Shown piece after piece: positions 1-8,276 of a stretch of 19,483 nt of DNA; within the stretch, counting starts at the first letter, position 1; each line of letters starts with the position of its first letter. Below the pieces are notes generated by a model. The model searched no databases, was not told the DNA's origin, and was given only the letters and a program-made list of their open reading frames with translations. A program made the position numbers and the translations under genes. The stretch is taken from positions 1 through 19,483 of the forward strand of contig CBFGJV010000029.1 in the NCBI GenBank assembly GCA_965649205.1, given 5' to 3'. Origin of the DNA: a candidate division WOR-3 bacterium. GTDB lineage: Bacteria > Hydrothermota > Tepidihabitantia > Tepidihabitantales > Tepidihabitantaceae.

Positions 1-1108
1 AGGTGGCAAAACCAGACGCCAGAGGATTCGGCGCAATGCTGAAACTCTGCGTCCGGCTCAACACACCTGCCTGCACCGCAGGACTGCCCGGCCGGGAAGC
101 AAAGGACTGTTCATACTTCCACAGTTCAAAGGTCTTGTTGCCCTTGAGGCCAAACACAGCCCCGTTGAATGCGACGAGTGCGCCACCGGCTTTCACCGGC
201 TTATTCAGTTCGCCCAGCGGCAGCGGATCCAACTCCCGCCAGGTGTCCCCTTTCGTATAGTAGCAGTAGAAAGCCTGACTCCCGCCACCCTTCCAGGTAT
301 ATATCTTGCCGTCTATGACGACCGCGGCGCCGCCCTCGCCAGATTTCTTCTTCTTTATCCTGTCTTTTTCGAAGCCGTACCATGGCATACCCATCAATAT
401 GGTCTTCACCCACCTGTCGCCGGCTAGATCATAACGGAACATGAAATGGCCGAAATTGTCCTTATTAACCAGTTTGCTTTGATGTGCGTAGAGAGAATTT
501 TCGCCATCATACACCAGAAACGAACCAGGCGCGTACTTCTTCTTGTTCAGACCATAGGGCACGCTTTCTTTCTGCGTCCAGGTGCGGGTGTGCACATCAT
601 AACAGTAAAACTCCGTCGTTCCGCCCGCGAGCAGGAATATCCTGTCTGTAGTATCACCGGCACCTTTGACATAGACCATATCGTTTCCGCCCTTGATCCG
701 GACAGGCACACGCGGTAACGTCTCCCACTTTCCGGCTGAATAACGCCAGAAACCACGAGTGCCCCTGCCGTGGAGCATATAAATGGTATTGGCTCCGTCA
801 GTGACCGCGTCTGAGCCTTTTGCGGGTGGTTTATATGCAGTCCCACCCGGTTCGGTCTCCGGCATGCCAAACGGCCCCTGCCAGCTATCTCCGTCCGGAT
901 AGTATTTGTATAATTCCGCGGTCTTGTTGCCCTTGGCGATGTATATCGCATTTCCCAGAGTTACCATCCAGGCACCTGCACCCGGAACTTTGTCCGACTC
1001 CCTGTGAGGTATCGGTGTCATTTCCACCCAGCCTGCTTGTACAAGCGAGGCGCAAAGTACCAGGGTAGCCAGTGCCAGTACGAATGCTGCACTTCGTTTC
1101 AGCTGCAT
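1..1108 (-). CDS. Secreted Kelch-like beta-propeller protein with T9SS type-A-like C-terminal domain (3'-truncated by window edge); paralog of 1409..2713
   Basis: Not in the ORF track. Manual translation from ATG 1108 is open to the window edge: MQLKRSAAFVLALATLVLCASLVQAGWVEMTPIPH...IYIAKGNKTAELYKY...WKGGGSQAFYCY...GLKGNKTFELWKYEQSFASRPG...IAPNPLASGFAT. It is colinear with 1409..2713 at a constant 1605-nt offset, with an AAGGAG RBS upstream. Confidence 0.93.
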   Translation of the reverse strand, partial: MQLKRSAAFVLALATLVLCASLVQAGWVEMTPIPHRESDKVPGAGAWMVTLGNAIYIAKGNKTAELYKYYPDGDSWQGPFGMPETEPGGTAYKPPAKGSDAVTDGANTIYMLHGRGTRGFWRYSAGKWETLPRVPVRIKGGNDMVYVKGAGDTTDRIFLLAGGTTEFYCYDVHTRTWTQKESVPYGLNKKKYAPGSFLVYDGENSLYAHQSKLVNKDNFGHFMFRYDLAGDRWVKTILMGMPWYGFEKDRIKKKKSGEGGAAVVIDGKIYTWKGGGSQAFYCYYTKGDTWRELDPLPLGELNKPVKAGGALVAFNGAVFGLKGNKTFELWKYEQSFASRPGSPAVQAGVLSRTQSFSIAPNPLASGFAT

Positions 1109-1304
1109 TCCGGCTCCTTTGTGTTTATGCCCGCCTGCTGTGCCAGCTTGCTAGCTGCTCCAGCACGCAGGCTACCCATATCAGACAACCTCTCCAGCAT
1201 AAACGACCTTCTCTCTGGGACCCCGGGGTTGCTGTGTAGTCAGCAGGCCTGCATGTAACCTCAGAGACTGTCGGCTGTTAACGCCCGGGGCCTGGACCAG
1301 ATAT

Positions 1305-1332
1305 AGAGTATAACAACGCATGGTTGTGTCAA
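1305..1332 (-). promoter_or_regulatory. Putative sigma70 promoter for the 1..1108 gene
   Basis: Minus strand TTGACA-N16-TACTCT; implies a ~190-nt leader. Confidence 0.5.
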
Positions 1333-1363
1333 GTAAACAACCAGGGCAAACTTTTCCTGCAAG

Positions 1364-1395
1364 CAAAGAGGCGGGCCTTGAGGCCCGCCTCTTTG
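1364..1395 (-). terminator. Intrinsic terminator after 1409..2713 (possibly bidirectional)
   Basis: Perfect inverted repeat CAAAGAGGCGGGCCT-TG-AGGCCCGCCTCTTTG, 13 nt past the stop codon. Confidence 0.85.
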
Positions 1396-1408
1396 TTATC
1401 TGTCAGAC

Positions 1409-2713
1409 TTATTTCTGCACCACCAGCCGCTGCGCAGCCGAGTATCCTTTGGCTTCGGCGCAGACCAGATACACGCCCGCAGCCAGCTCCCGCACATCCA
1501 ACGTGACGCCGGATGCTGCCGGCAGACTCCGGACCATCACCACCCGACCCAGAGCATCGTAAACCTTCACCGACGCCGGACCGGTCAGGTTACGCCCAAA
1601 CCGCAAGGTGGCAAAACCAGACGCCAGAGGATTCGGCGCAATGCTGAAACTCTGCGTCCGGCTCAACACACCTGCCTGCACCGCAGGACTGCCCGGCCGG
1701 GAAGCAAAGGACTGTTCATACTTCCAGAGCTCAAAGGTCTTATTACCCTTGACGCCATAGATTTTCCCATTGAATACTGCCAGTGCGCCTCCGGCCTTCA
1801 CCGGCTTATTCAGCTCACCCAAAGGCAGCGGGTCAAGCTGATGCCAGCTGTCGCCATTAGCATAGTAACGGTAGAAAGCCTGACTGCCGCCGCCCTTCCA
1901 GGCGTATATCTGGCCGTCTATGGCCACGGCCGCGGCTCCATCGCCAGACTTCTTCTTCTTTGACTTTTCCTTCTCCAGACCAAACCAGGGCAAACCCTTG
2001 GCTTTCGTCTTCACCCAGCTGTCGCCGGCCAGATCGTACCGGAACATGAAATGGCTGGAGTCAGCTTCGTCCACCAGCTTGCCCTGATGCGCATAGATGG
2101 TGTTTTCGCCATCGTACACCAGGAATGAACCCGCCGCGTACTTCTTCTTGTTCAGCCCATAGGGCACGCTTTCCTTCTGCGTCCAGGTGCCGGTGCCTAC
2201 GTCATAGCAGTAGAATGCCGTCTTCCCGCCTGCCAGCAGGAATATCTTGTCTGTAGCATCCTTGTTTCCTTTGACGTAGACCATATCGTTCCCGCCCTTG
2301 AGCTTGACAGGAACGCGCGGCAGGGTTTCCCACTCTCCTGTGGAGTAACGCCAGAAACCATAAGTGCCGTTGCCGTGCACCATGTACAGGGACTGAACGC
2401 CATCCGAGACAGCATCTGTGCCCTTGCCAGCCAACTTCACTTTGCCGCTGACCGGGTCTGTGTCCGGCAGACCGGACGTTTTCACCCAGCTGTCACCTTC
2501 TGGATAGTACTTGTACAGCTCTTTGGTCTTGTTACCCTTGGCGATGTATATCTCGTCTCCCAGAGTTGCCATCCAGGCACCCGGGCCTATAGGTTTGTCC
2601 AGCTGTTCGTGCGGCATGGGCGTTACCGCCAGCCAGCCTGCTTCCGTGCGCGAAGCAAACAGGACCAGGGTAGCTAGTGCCAGTACGAATGCTGCACTTC
2701 GTTTTAGCTGCAT
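1409..2713 (-). CDS. Secreted Kelch-like beta-propeller protein with T9SS type-A-like sorting domain
   Basis: Signal peptide; repeated KG(N/G)xT..(F/L)YxY....DSW blades; C-terminal IAPNP...VKVYDALGRVV...LAAGVYLV...QRLVVQK typical of T9SS CTDs; AAGGAG RBS. Confidence 0.9.
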   Translation of the reverse strand: MQLKRSAAFVLALATLVLFASRTEAGWLAVTPMPHEQLDKPIGPGAWMATLGDEIYIAKGNKTKELYKYYPEGDSWVKTSGLPDTDPVSGKVKLAGKGTDAVSDGVQSLYMVHGNGTYGFWRYSTGEWETLPRVPVKLKGGNDMVYVKGNKDATDKIFLLAGGKTAFYCYDVGTGTWTQKESVPYGLNKKKYAAGSFLVYDGENTIYAHQGKLVDEADSSHFMFRYDLAGDSWVKTKAKGLPWFGLEKEKSKKKKSGDGAAAVAIDGQIYAWKGGGSQAFYRYYANGDSWHQLDPLPLGELNKPVKAGGALAVFNGKIYGVKGNKTFELWKYEQSFASRPGSPAVQAGVLSRTQSFSIAPNPLASGFATLRFGRNLTGPASVKVYDALGRVVMVRSLPAASGVTLDVRELAAGVYLVCAEAKGYSAAQRLVVQK

Positions 2714-2921
2714 TCCGGCTCCTTTGTGTTTATGCCCGCCTGCTCTGTCAGTTCGCGACCTGACAAAGCCGCAGGCTGCCTATAGTTCAGACAACTCCTC
2801 CTGGACTAGCGAAGGCTTAAAAACAGCCCTCGGCCTGCGACATGGACTTCTGTTTTTCTTTTCTACGGTTGCATCTACCGGCGGACTGCCGGACCCAGAG
2901 TACCCACGTCTCAGGCTCTCT

Positions 2922-2950
2922 AAATTAGCAAAGCAGCCGGTTAATGTCAA
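2922..2950 (-). promoter_or_regulatory. Putative sigma70 promoter for 1409..2713
   Basis: Minus strand TTGACA-N17-TAATTT with TG extension; implies a ~200-nt leader. Confidence 0.55.
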
Positions 2951-2992
2951 GCCGATTTGTGTTCCGACTGCTTCAGTTTTCCTGACTAATCG

Positions 2993-5900
2993 CTATCTAA
3001 CCTTTACCAGCTTTCTGGTTTCGTATATCCCTTCGGCCCGCAGGCGGCAGTAGTATATGCCCGGGCTCACTCTCCGGCTCTGCTCGTCCTGTCCGTTCCA
3101 GGTCCAGTGATAGAACCCGGCCGGCTGTACTGCCGAGAAAGTCCTTACCACTTCGCCAGCCGAGTTGACTATCTGCAGCTCCACTCTACAGGCACGAGGT
3201 ACCGCGTACCGGATGCTGGTTTCCCGCGCAAAAGGCATAGGTCGCGCCGGCTCCAGCGCAAACGCCACAGGCAGAGGGTTATCCCCGGCAATGCCTGGCC
3301 TTCTCAGCACCGCAACCGAATCCTGCACCAGGTCGTTATCCGGATTCTGATCACCGCTGAGCATAGTTGAGCAGCTTACCATATGGGTGCCCAGCGAATC
3401 TGCTGTCCAGTCCGCAAACTCTACAGTATCCAGCGCTCCGGCCGACAAAGTGAGCGTAGTCTCGCTGGAATAGAATGCGCCTATTGTAAACCGTACCCCA
3501 AAAGTTTCTGCCGTCATACCGCAGTTCTCCACCACGGCCCGCGGGATTATCACCGTATCCTGCATTATCTCGCCCCGGGGCGCCAGCACTGCCACGGCCC
3601 GCACATCATGCCGTGGCCGGCGCACCGCAACCCTGCCCCGGGCCGAGTCGTTCTCGACCCTCCTGTCTCCGGCAAGAACAAGGAAAGATACTAGATCGTA
3701 GGTATCGGCTATCTGGGGCAGCCATTCCCGGAAAGAAACTGTGGCCGTGTCCCGCGGCCCCAGAGCCACTGAAACAGAATCAGAATAAACTAGTCCGGCA
3801 GTTACAGGTTCGAGAGTCCAAACCGCGCCCACGTCTGCATCGTCACCTGCGTCTGTCGGACTCAGAATTCTGAACCACACCCGGAACTGGGCCGAATCTG
3901 TGCCAAAGTTATTCACCTTGACCTGCGGTCTCACCCCCACGCCAGAGTCAATCGTGCCAGCTGGCGCCAGAATAGCAGAAACGCCTGCATCTATTAGTCG
4001 CACCCGCACCGTATCTTCCTGCTGGTCATTGTCGGGATTCTCGTCGCCCGGAAGCAAAGTAGTGCAGCGCACGCCGAATCTACCGGTTAGCAGGGCCTGC
4101 CAGGGCAGAAAACTCACTGTATCTTCCCGACCGGGGTCAAGCGAAACCTCCGCCACGTCAGAATATCCATCGCCAATGGCAAACAACACCTGAAAAGTCT
4201 CCCGGTAGGCGCCATAGTTTCTCACCACCGCTTTCGGTGTAACTGTCACTCCTGAATCAATCACCCCCCGGGGGGCCACCAATGCGGTCACGGCAGCATC
4301 AAACTCGGTCGCCGCCGGCGGAGTAAACATCCCTATTGCCGCCAGCGCGTAAGGTTGGGGACCCATGGGTACATTCTTGGCTTTCACCTTTATAGTCCAG
4401 TTGCCTATCTCGGGCGTATTCAAACGGAAACACTCTTCCACATTCAAACTGTCGTAGACTCCGCCTATCTGCGACTGACCCCCAGCATACACATTGCCCT
4501 TATATTCCACTCCGGAAGGCGATATTACCGTCAGGTCCAGGTCGTTCACCAGTATCCGGGCCGCGCGCATGGTGCCAGGGTAGTCTGTCCAGATAAGCGC
4601 CACGCGGAAAGGCATGGCTGCACTGTCCACCCGAATCGTGTAGAGAGCCGAGTCACCGGTAGAAAGCCCCACCGTATCATCCATCACCCACAACCTGCTT
4701 CTGTCTCCGGCAAAGTAAAGCGAAGAGTCCAGGTCCACGCGACCCCAGCCCACATTGTTGTCCGGTACGGTGAAACCGGAAATGTCATTGTCCGCACCCA
4801 CTATCAGCACCGCCTTGTTCAAAGCCGCAGAGATGCTCATCGGCGTACCGGTCAGGGTATCGCCGGTAGGATAGTATCCCAGTTGGAAGTAGTTCCGCAC
4901 CAACGCCGAAGCCGCCGTCATATTGGGCGTAGCCATGGAGGTGCCGGAAAGCGATGTGTAACCGTTTGTGCTGGAATAGTTGGCCGACATCAGATTTTCG
5001 CCCGGCGAAACCAGTTGCGGCTTTCTCCGTCCGTCCGCAGTGGGCCCGCGCGAAGAAAACGAAGCCAGTGTCCGGCAGGAAGTGCCGTTCTGGGTTGCGC
5101 CGGTGGAGATGATATTCTTCGCCATTACCGGATGTCCCATCTGGTTGGTCCCGTAATTCCCCATGGAGTTGCAATGCATGAACTTGCGATGGTTCCAGAC
5201 GAACTGATCAGCAGTCATATCGGTAAAGATGTAGATGTTGAAGGTGTCCTTGCGCGAAAGCGACATGGAGTGGTTCAATGCCCGGTGCGAATCCACATTC
5301 ACATTCAGACCCGAGTCCGGACCGCGGAACCACACATTCATATCCCAGTTGGTGGGCAGGGCGTTGTAGTTCTGAAAGTACACCCGCGCGCCCTTGGCCA
5401 ACCCGTCGTTCCAGGAAGTGCCCACCGGGTCGTCGTTGCCGCACAGGGTACCTGTAGTGTGCGTGCCATGCTGGTCCGAACCCTGCGTGCCCCGATAAAC
5501 CACCACTTTGCGGTGCGTGGGCCCCGGTGTGTTTCCGGCCGGATCGCGGAACTGGTCATGCGCAATGTTGCAAGGTGTGTCGGTGATGCCCACCAGCATA
5601 CGGGAACCGGTAACCCCCTTGCGCCAGATAGTACGGGTAGTGTCGGTGGCAGAATAACCATGCTGCACCACCCACTGCATATTTACATTATCAGGAGTTA
5701 TCTCCCCGTAAGTCTCTATCCAGTACACGCCAGGAATCCGGGCCAAATCCACAATCCTGGAGCCGTCAATAGTAAGCTTGGCCGACTTGTTCCAGGCGTT
5801 GAACTCCGTAACAATACCGGTGGCGCCCAGTGACCGCAATTCTGCCAGAAGTGCATCCGCGTCTTCGTCGTAATGAAAGACTACTATCAACGTCTGCGGT

Positions 5901-6319
5901 CCCTTTGCCTTTTCCAGTCCTGGAAGCAGCTTGTAAGCCGGCTGGTCCAGACCCATCCAGCGCACCTCTGGCAGCGCAGCTATCTCCTTTGCCCGGTATA
6001 CCGGCACCCGGGCTACATAGGCATAATTCGGCACATACCAGAGAAATTTCACTCCCCGTTTTTCCAGGCTCGCCTTCCATTCCGGCTTAATCGGGCCCGG
6101 AAATTGAATCAGATAGTAGTCATACTCTCCCTTGCGGGGAGCCGCCACCGATAACTCAGCAGGCAGTTGAGGTTGCTCTTTCAGTGGATCAAAGGAATAA
6201 CCTTGCACCAGATTTATGGTCAGGGGACCTGTCTGCTCTGGCGGCAAGGTCAACTTGGGGGACGCCCATAGCGTACTTGCCAGCACCCAACTGGCGGCAA
6301 CAATACAGTTCAGGTTCAT
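2993..6319 (-). CDS. Secreted S8 family subtilase (KP-43/TagC-like) with CARDB/Ig-like repeats and FlgD-Ig/T9SS-like C-terminal domain
   Basis: Catalytic motifs GITDT (Asp), HGTHTTG (His), GTSMATP (Ser); FSSRGPTADGRRKP; VNDLDL and NVE motifs of the KP-43-type C-domain; three D(A/V)...AP.G.I repeats; terminal WNGQDEQSRRVSPGIYYCRL...KLVKVR; AAGGAG RBS. Confidence 0.93.
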   Translation of the reverse strand: MNLNCIVAASWVLASTLWASPKLTLPPEQTGPLTINLVQGYSFDPLKEQPQLPAELSVAAPRKGEYDYYLIQFPGPIKPEWKASLEKRGVKFLWYVPNYAYVARVPVYRAKEIAALPEVRWMGLDQPAYKLLPGLEKAKGPQTLIVVFHYDEDADALLAELRSLGATGIVTEFNAWNKSAKLTIDGSRIVDLARIPGVYWIETYGEITPDNVNMQWVVQHGYSATDTTRTIWRKGVTGSRMLVGITDTPCNIAHDQFRDPAGNTPGPTHRKVVVYRGTQGSDQHGTHTTGTLCGNDDPVGTSWNDGLAKGARVYFQNYNALPTNWDMNVWFRGPDSGLNVNVDSHRALNHSMSLSRKDTFNIYIFTDMTADQFVWNHRKFMHCNSMGNYGTNQMGHPVMAKNIISTGATQNGTSCRTLASFSSRGPTADGRRKPQLVSPGENLMSANYSSTNGYTSLSGTSMATPNMTAASALVRNYFQLGYYPTGDTLTGTPMSISAALNKAVLIVGADNDISGFTVPDNNVGWGRVDLDSSLYFAGDRSRLWVMDDTVGLSTGDSALYTIRVDSAAMPFRVALIWTDYPGTMRAARILVNDLDLTVISPSGVEYKGNVYAGGQSQIGGVYDSLNVEECFRLNTPEIGNWTIKVKAKNVPMGPQPYALAAIGMFTPPAATEFDAAVTALVAPRGVIDSGVTVTPKAVVRNYGAYRETFQVLFAIGDGYSDVAEVSLDPGREDTVSFLPWQALLTGRFGVRCTTLLPGDENPDNDQQEDTVRVRLIDAGVSAILAPAGTIDSGVGVRPQVKVNNFGTDSAQFRVWFRILSPTDAGDDADVGAVWTLEPVTAGLVYSDSVSVALGPRDTATVSFREWLPQIADTYDLVSFLVLAGDRRVENDSARGRVAVRRPRHDVRAVAVLAPRGEIMQDTVIIPRAVVENCGMTAETFGVRFTIGAFYSSETTLTLSAGALDTVEFADWTADSLGTHMVSCSTMLSGDQNPDNDLVQDSVAVLRRPGIAGDNPLPVAFALEPARPMPFARETSIRYAVPRACRVELQIVNSAGEVVRTFSAVQPAGFYHWTWNGQDEQSRRVSPGIYYCRLRAEGIYETRKLVKVR

Positions 6320-6351
6320 TTTTTTCTCCTTTGCTATTCGGGCCTCCAGAG

Positions 6352-6379
6352 ATTATGATGCGCCCCACAGAAGTGTCAA
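6352..6379 (-). promoter_or_regulatory. Putative sigma70 promoter for the S8 peptidase
   Basis: Minus strand TTGACA-N16-CATAAT, ~30 nt upstream of the ATG. Confidence 0.6.
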
Positions 6380-6397
6380 GCTGTCTGGGCTACCCTC

Positions 6398-6934
6398 TCA
6401 GGGAAAATCAAAAAAGTCAACCCGACCTATGCCAAAAGGGTAGTTGGCTACCAGCTTCATCTCCTCTGCCCGCAACTCCACAAGCGACAGAGAATCCACT
6501 AGGCCGATACTCCGCTCCAGCTTGATCAGTTTACGCATCATCACCTTGCGCGTCTCCTCGTCCTGCACCCGCGCCACTACTAGCCTCGGCCCGGCCATTT
6601 CCGGCAGCATAGTTATTGCTACCGACTGTGCCAGCTTTGTCTGCAACTGTTCCAGTTCCTCAACTCCGCGATTCAAGGTGAACAGCAACCTGTCTGCCAC
6701 CTCCAGGCAACTGCCCAGTTCCAAAGCAAACGGGTGGAAATCGCGCCGGGCCCAACTAATGTAGTCATTCAAGGTCTGCCTCTCCTCCCAAGTTGCCGGC
6801 GTGAAAGGCGGGATTAGGGGAATATAAGGCGCGCTCTGAGTTGACCACAGGTCGTACTCCTCCCGCAACTTCCTTATTTCGTCCGCGCACTCCAGCTTGG
6901 GCAGGACTATAAGACCGTATTTCAGCACACTCAC
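6398..6934 (-). CDS. 2H phosphoesterase / 2'-5' RNA ligase-like (YjcG-like) protein with degenerate HxT motifs
   Basis: Overall pattern KYGLIV...I.KLR..YD....APYIPL..PF...PFALEL...PRLVVAR...SLSLVE...YPF resembles YjcG-type 2H proteins. The start could be GTG 6934 or GTG 6928 (AGGAGG lies 6 nt upstream of the latter). Confidence 0.7.
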   Translation of the reverse strand: MSVLKYGLIVLPKLECADEIRKLREEYDLWSTQSAPYIPLIPPFTPATWEERQTLNDYISWARRDFHPFALELGSCLEVADRLLFTLNRGVEELEQLQTKLAQSVAITMLPEMAGPRLVVARVQDEETRKVMMRKLIKLERSIGLVDSLSLVELRAEEMKLVANYPFGIGRVDFFDFP

Positions 6935-7127
6935 CCTCCTATTCTATCTATTACTCGTCAAAATGACAACCCTACGCAACTTTTTCGCCGAACATACACA
7001 CCCACAAACCATAGCCGCCAATAAACCCACTCAAGTATAACATACCAATAAGACGAGACTTGATAAACACAAACCACCCCCGCCGCCTCAAAACTTTTCA
7101 CACCACCGCTACAGCGACATAGTGTAC

Positions 7128-7292
7128 GTAACACCCTTATTATTCAATACGTTACAGCCTCATTCAACTCAACCGTAACGGACCATTATGGTAATGTCTT
7201 GATTTTATGTTATGTTACAAGTCTTTATATTATGTCATTCGCCACGCCGAAGGGTAGTAAAATCGTAACTACCAGATAAAAGCGCAACTTAT
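7128..7292. repeat. Three dispersed 28-bp dyad motifs GTAA-N20-TTA(C/T) in the AT-rich intergenic region
   Basis: 7128-7155 GTAACACCCTTATTATTCAATACGTTAC; 7191-7218 GTAATGTCTTGATTTTATGTTATGTTAC; 7265-7292 GTAACTACCAGATAAAAGCGCAACTTAT. Confidence 0.5.
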
Positions 7293-7383
7293 ACTGGCAT
7301 TGATAATTATCCAAAAATAAGGATTTGTGTCAGGCTTTGACAACTACTTGAACTATAGTAAGTAAGCACATTGCTTGCTGTGC

Positions 7384-7412
7384 TTGACACAAAACTTCGG
7401 GGTCATTAGTCT
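7384..7412 (+). promoter_or_regulatory. Putative sigma70 promoter
   Basis: TTGACA-N17-TAGTCT. Confidence 0.65.
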
Positions 7413-7418
7413 GACAAT

Positions 7419-7566
7419 GCTTCGTTGGCCAGCCCGGCCCGATTTAAAAATTTACTATGGGCGGGTCGTTCTGGTTCCCGGCCGGCCCACAGATGAGGAG
7501 CGCCTCACTGCATTCAAGGGAGCCATCGGTCCTTTGTTGCTGCCCCGGCCCAGCCGGGGCTTTTTT
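7419..7566 (+). ncRNA. Candidate ~145-nt structured small RNA or attenuator leader (family not recognised)
   Basis: Lies between the 7384 promoter and a strong terminator; GC-rich stems within otherwise AT-rich DNA; no credible ORF. Confidence 0.5.
7542..7566 (+). terminator. Intrinsic terminator
   Basis: GCCCCGGC-CCA-GCCGGGGC followed by TTTTTT. Confidence 0.85.
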
Positions 7567-7583
7567 CTGGCAAATATCTGCCA

Positions 7584-7611
7584 TTGACAATCCGCCGTTA
7601 TTGGCCACACT
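7584..7611 (+). promoter_or_regulatory. Possible second promoter for the flavin reductase-like gene
   Basis: TTGACA-N16-CACACT. Confidence 0.4.
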
Positions 7612-7707
7612 AAACTAAACAGATGAAATACACCGGGCGCATTTTCCGGCGTTTGCGCAAGTTCTGCTCAATGCGGCCCCGGACCAAAACTCTGGGAGGA
7701 TAAACTT

Positions 7708-8217
7708 ATGACGCACTTTCGGGAAATTTCCCCCGACGCCCTTTCCTGTCGCATCTTCCGGCTTATTGACCAGCAATGGATGCTCATCACTGCCGGCACG
7801 CTCAACCACTGGAATACTATGACTGCAAGCTGGGGTGGACTCGGCACACTCTGGAACCGTCCCGTAGCCTTCTGCTTTGTCCGCCCCACCCGCTACACCT
7901 ACGAGTTTATGGAAAAATCTCGCCGCTTCACCCTTTCCTTCTTCTCTCCTCGATACCGCCAGGCTTTGCTCTACTGCGGCACCAAATCCGGCCGGGATAC
8001 CGACAAAGCCAAGGCGACCGGATTGGAGCCGGTTGCCGGTACCCCCGGCACAGTCTATTTCCGCCAGGCGCGAATGGTGTTTGAGTGCCGGAAACTGTAT
8101 TTCCAAGACCTTCAACCCGAGAACATGCTGGTAAGTTCCATTCACAAACTCTATCCGCACAAAGACTATCATCGTATGTATATTGGCGAGGTTACCCGCA
8201 TCCTCGTTCGTGCTTGA
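7708..8217 (+). CDS. Flavin reductase-like FMN-binding protein
   Basis: WMLITAG...NTMTASWGGLGTLWNRPV..FVRPTRYTYEF...FTLSFF...CGTKSGRDTDK...YHRMYIGEV; GGAGG RBS. Confidence 0.92.
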   Translation: MTHFREISPDALSCRIFRLIDQQWMLITAGTLNHWNTMTASWGGLGTLWNRPVAFCFVRPTRYTYEFMEKSRRFTLSFFSPRYRQALLYCGTKSGRDTDKAKATGLEPVAGTPGTVYFRQARMVFECRKLYFQDLQPENMLVSSIHKLYPHKDYHRMYIGEVTRILVRA

Positions 8218-8241
8218 CGGATAGCGAAGCCTACTTAAAAT
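8214..8241 (+). promoter_or_regulatory. Putative promoter for the lipoprotein pair, overlapping the upstream stop codon
   Basis: TTGACG-N16-TAAAAT. Confidence 0.45.
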
Positions 8242-8276
8242 AAACTTTAGAAACTCAATTAAGCAGGAGTCTCCAG

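Noticed and set aside
1..1108. Pseudogene, since the ORF track shows only fragments here
   Set aside because: Manual translation shows an uninterrupted frame; it was missed only because its stop lies outside the window.
1340..1375. c-di-GMP-I riboswitch (GGGCAAAC...GCAAAG)
   Set aside because: Wrong strand for the adjacent genes and lacks the GAAA-capped P2 stem; overlaps the terminator.
1..2713. DGR template/variable repeat pair (prompted by the Avd-like genes plus duplicated sequence)
   Set aside because: Both copies are intact genes, the differences are not adenine-specific, and no reverse transcriptase is present in the window.
4355..5833. Long plus-strand ORFs (4355..5833, 11374..12213, 13260..14321, 15555..16310 and similar)
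   Set aside because: Antisense shadows of well-supported GC-rich minus-strand genes, with no motifs of their own.
6940..7380. Replication origin or dif site
   Set aside because: Only one near-DnaA box (TTATCCAAA, ~7307) and XerD-like half sites lacking a matching XerC arm; no dnaA context.
7419..7566. Cobalamin, ZTP, FMN or SAM riboswitch, SRP or 6S RNA
   Set aside because: Only short coincidental motifs (GGTTCCC, AAGGGAG, CTGCCCC); the conserved cores are not recognisable by eye.
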